Below, one piece after another: positions 63,628 to 64,000 of a stretch of 64,000 nt of DNA. Location of the stretch: NCBI GenBank assembly GCA_965219095.1, contig CBDCMT010000001.1, positions 800,001 through 864,000 of the forward strand, written 5' to 3'. The stretch is from Bdellovibrionales bacterium. Lineage in GTDB: Bacteria; Bdellovibrionota; Bdellovibrionia; Bdellovibrionales; UBA1609. Position numbers and translations under genes: made by a program. The notes under the pieces are model-generated. The model was not told the origin of the DNA. It saw only the letters and a list, made by a program, of their open reading frames with translations, and made no database searches. Every line of letters starts with the position of its first letter. Position 1 is the first letter of the stretch.

Positions 63628-64000
63628 TTAAGAATCTAAAACCTTTTTTAAAATCTTTACAGCTACTTCGTTTTCCTTGCGAGAACCTACTGTCATTCTC
63701 AGTTCACTAGGATAATCATAAAACGTTCTTAAAATTAAACCTTCTTTTAAAAGTCTTCCATAAAATGCATTTAAATCTTTTTTGGGATCAATAAAAATAA
63801 AATTCCCTTGTGTCTTATAGTATTTTAATTTCATCAAATCAAATTGTTCGTATAAGTAATCAATCTCCTTGTGAATTTGTTTACATGTTTCTAACATAAA
63901 TTTTTGATTCTTTAAAACTTTTTCGGCCACAGTTTGAGCTACTGAACTCACACTAAAGGGACTTCGTATACGTAAAATTTCCCGAACACACTCTTCATCA
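63628..64000 (-). CDS. hisC: Histidinol-phosphate aminotransferase-like protein, C-terminal part (runs off the window)
   Basis: RSPFSVSSVAQ, TQGNFI, GLILR, LRMTVG..EN. Confidence 0.75.
   Translation of the reverse strand, partial: DEECVREILRIRSPFSVSSVAQTVAEKVLKNQKFMLETCKQIHKEIDYLYEQFDLMKLKYYKTQGNFIFIDPKKDLNAFYGRLLKEGLILRTFYDYPSELRMTVGSRKENEVAVKILKKVLDS

Overview
AT-rich bacterial chromosome segment, most consistent with a Bdellovibrionota (Bdellovibrionales-like) organism. The clues are a TIGR02147/DUF4423 regulator, a YQNC-type lipoprotein, a GNGG-motif secreted protein, type 2 IDI and a purMBCSQ-ABC-pilD-pilMNOPQ block; the taxonomic call is inference. Housekeeping genes (fni, ahcY, map, bolA, fumC, argS, ctaA, pur genes, type IV pilus genes, rpsA, cmk, hisC) are interleaved with a heavy load of nested, mostly decayed insertion sequences from about ten families (IS66, IS481, IS3, IS110, ISL3, IS630, IS30, IS5, IS1634, IS982), plus a MITE and collapsed IS hairpins. 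The most interesting part is 17-36 kb, which holds secreted/surface protein genes showing several apparent diversification mechanisms. (1) Two paralogues share an apparently identical 817-bp constant region and carry tandem Cys-bounded hypervariable loop repeats whose substitutions are non-synonymous and compatible with adenine-templated (DGR-like) mutagenesis; no RT is in the window. (2) One gene is paired with an inverted, start-less alternative C-terminal cassette arranged like an inversion switch. (3) An Ig-domain lipoprotein has an (AG)17 tract just after its start codon. Also notable are an ArgRS with an inserted PheT-B2-like OB domain and an alpha/beta-hydrolase + M64-like metallopeptidase fusion split by one in-frame TAA. 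All calls come from reading the sequence; no database searches were run.
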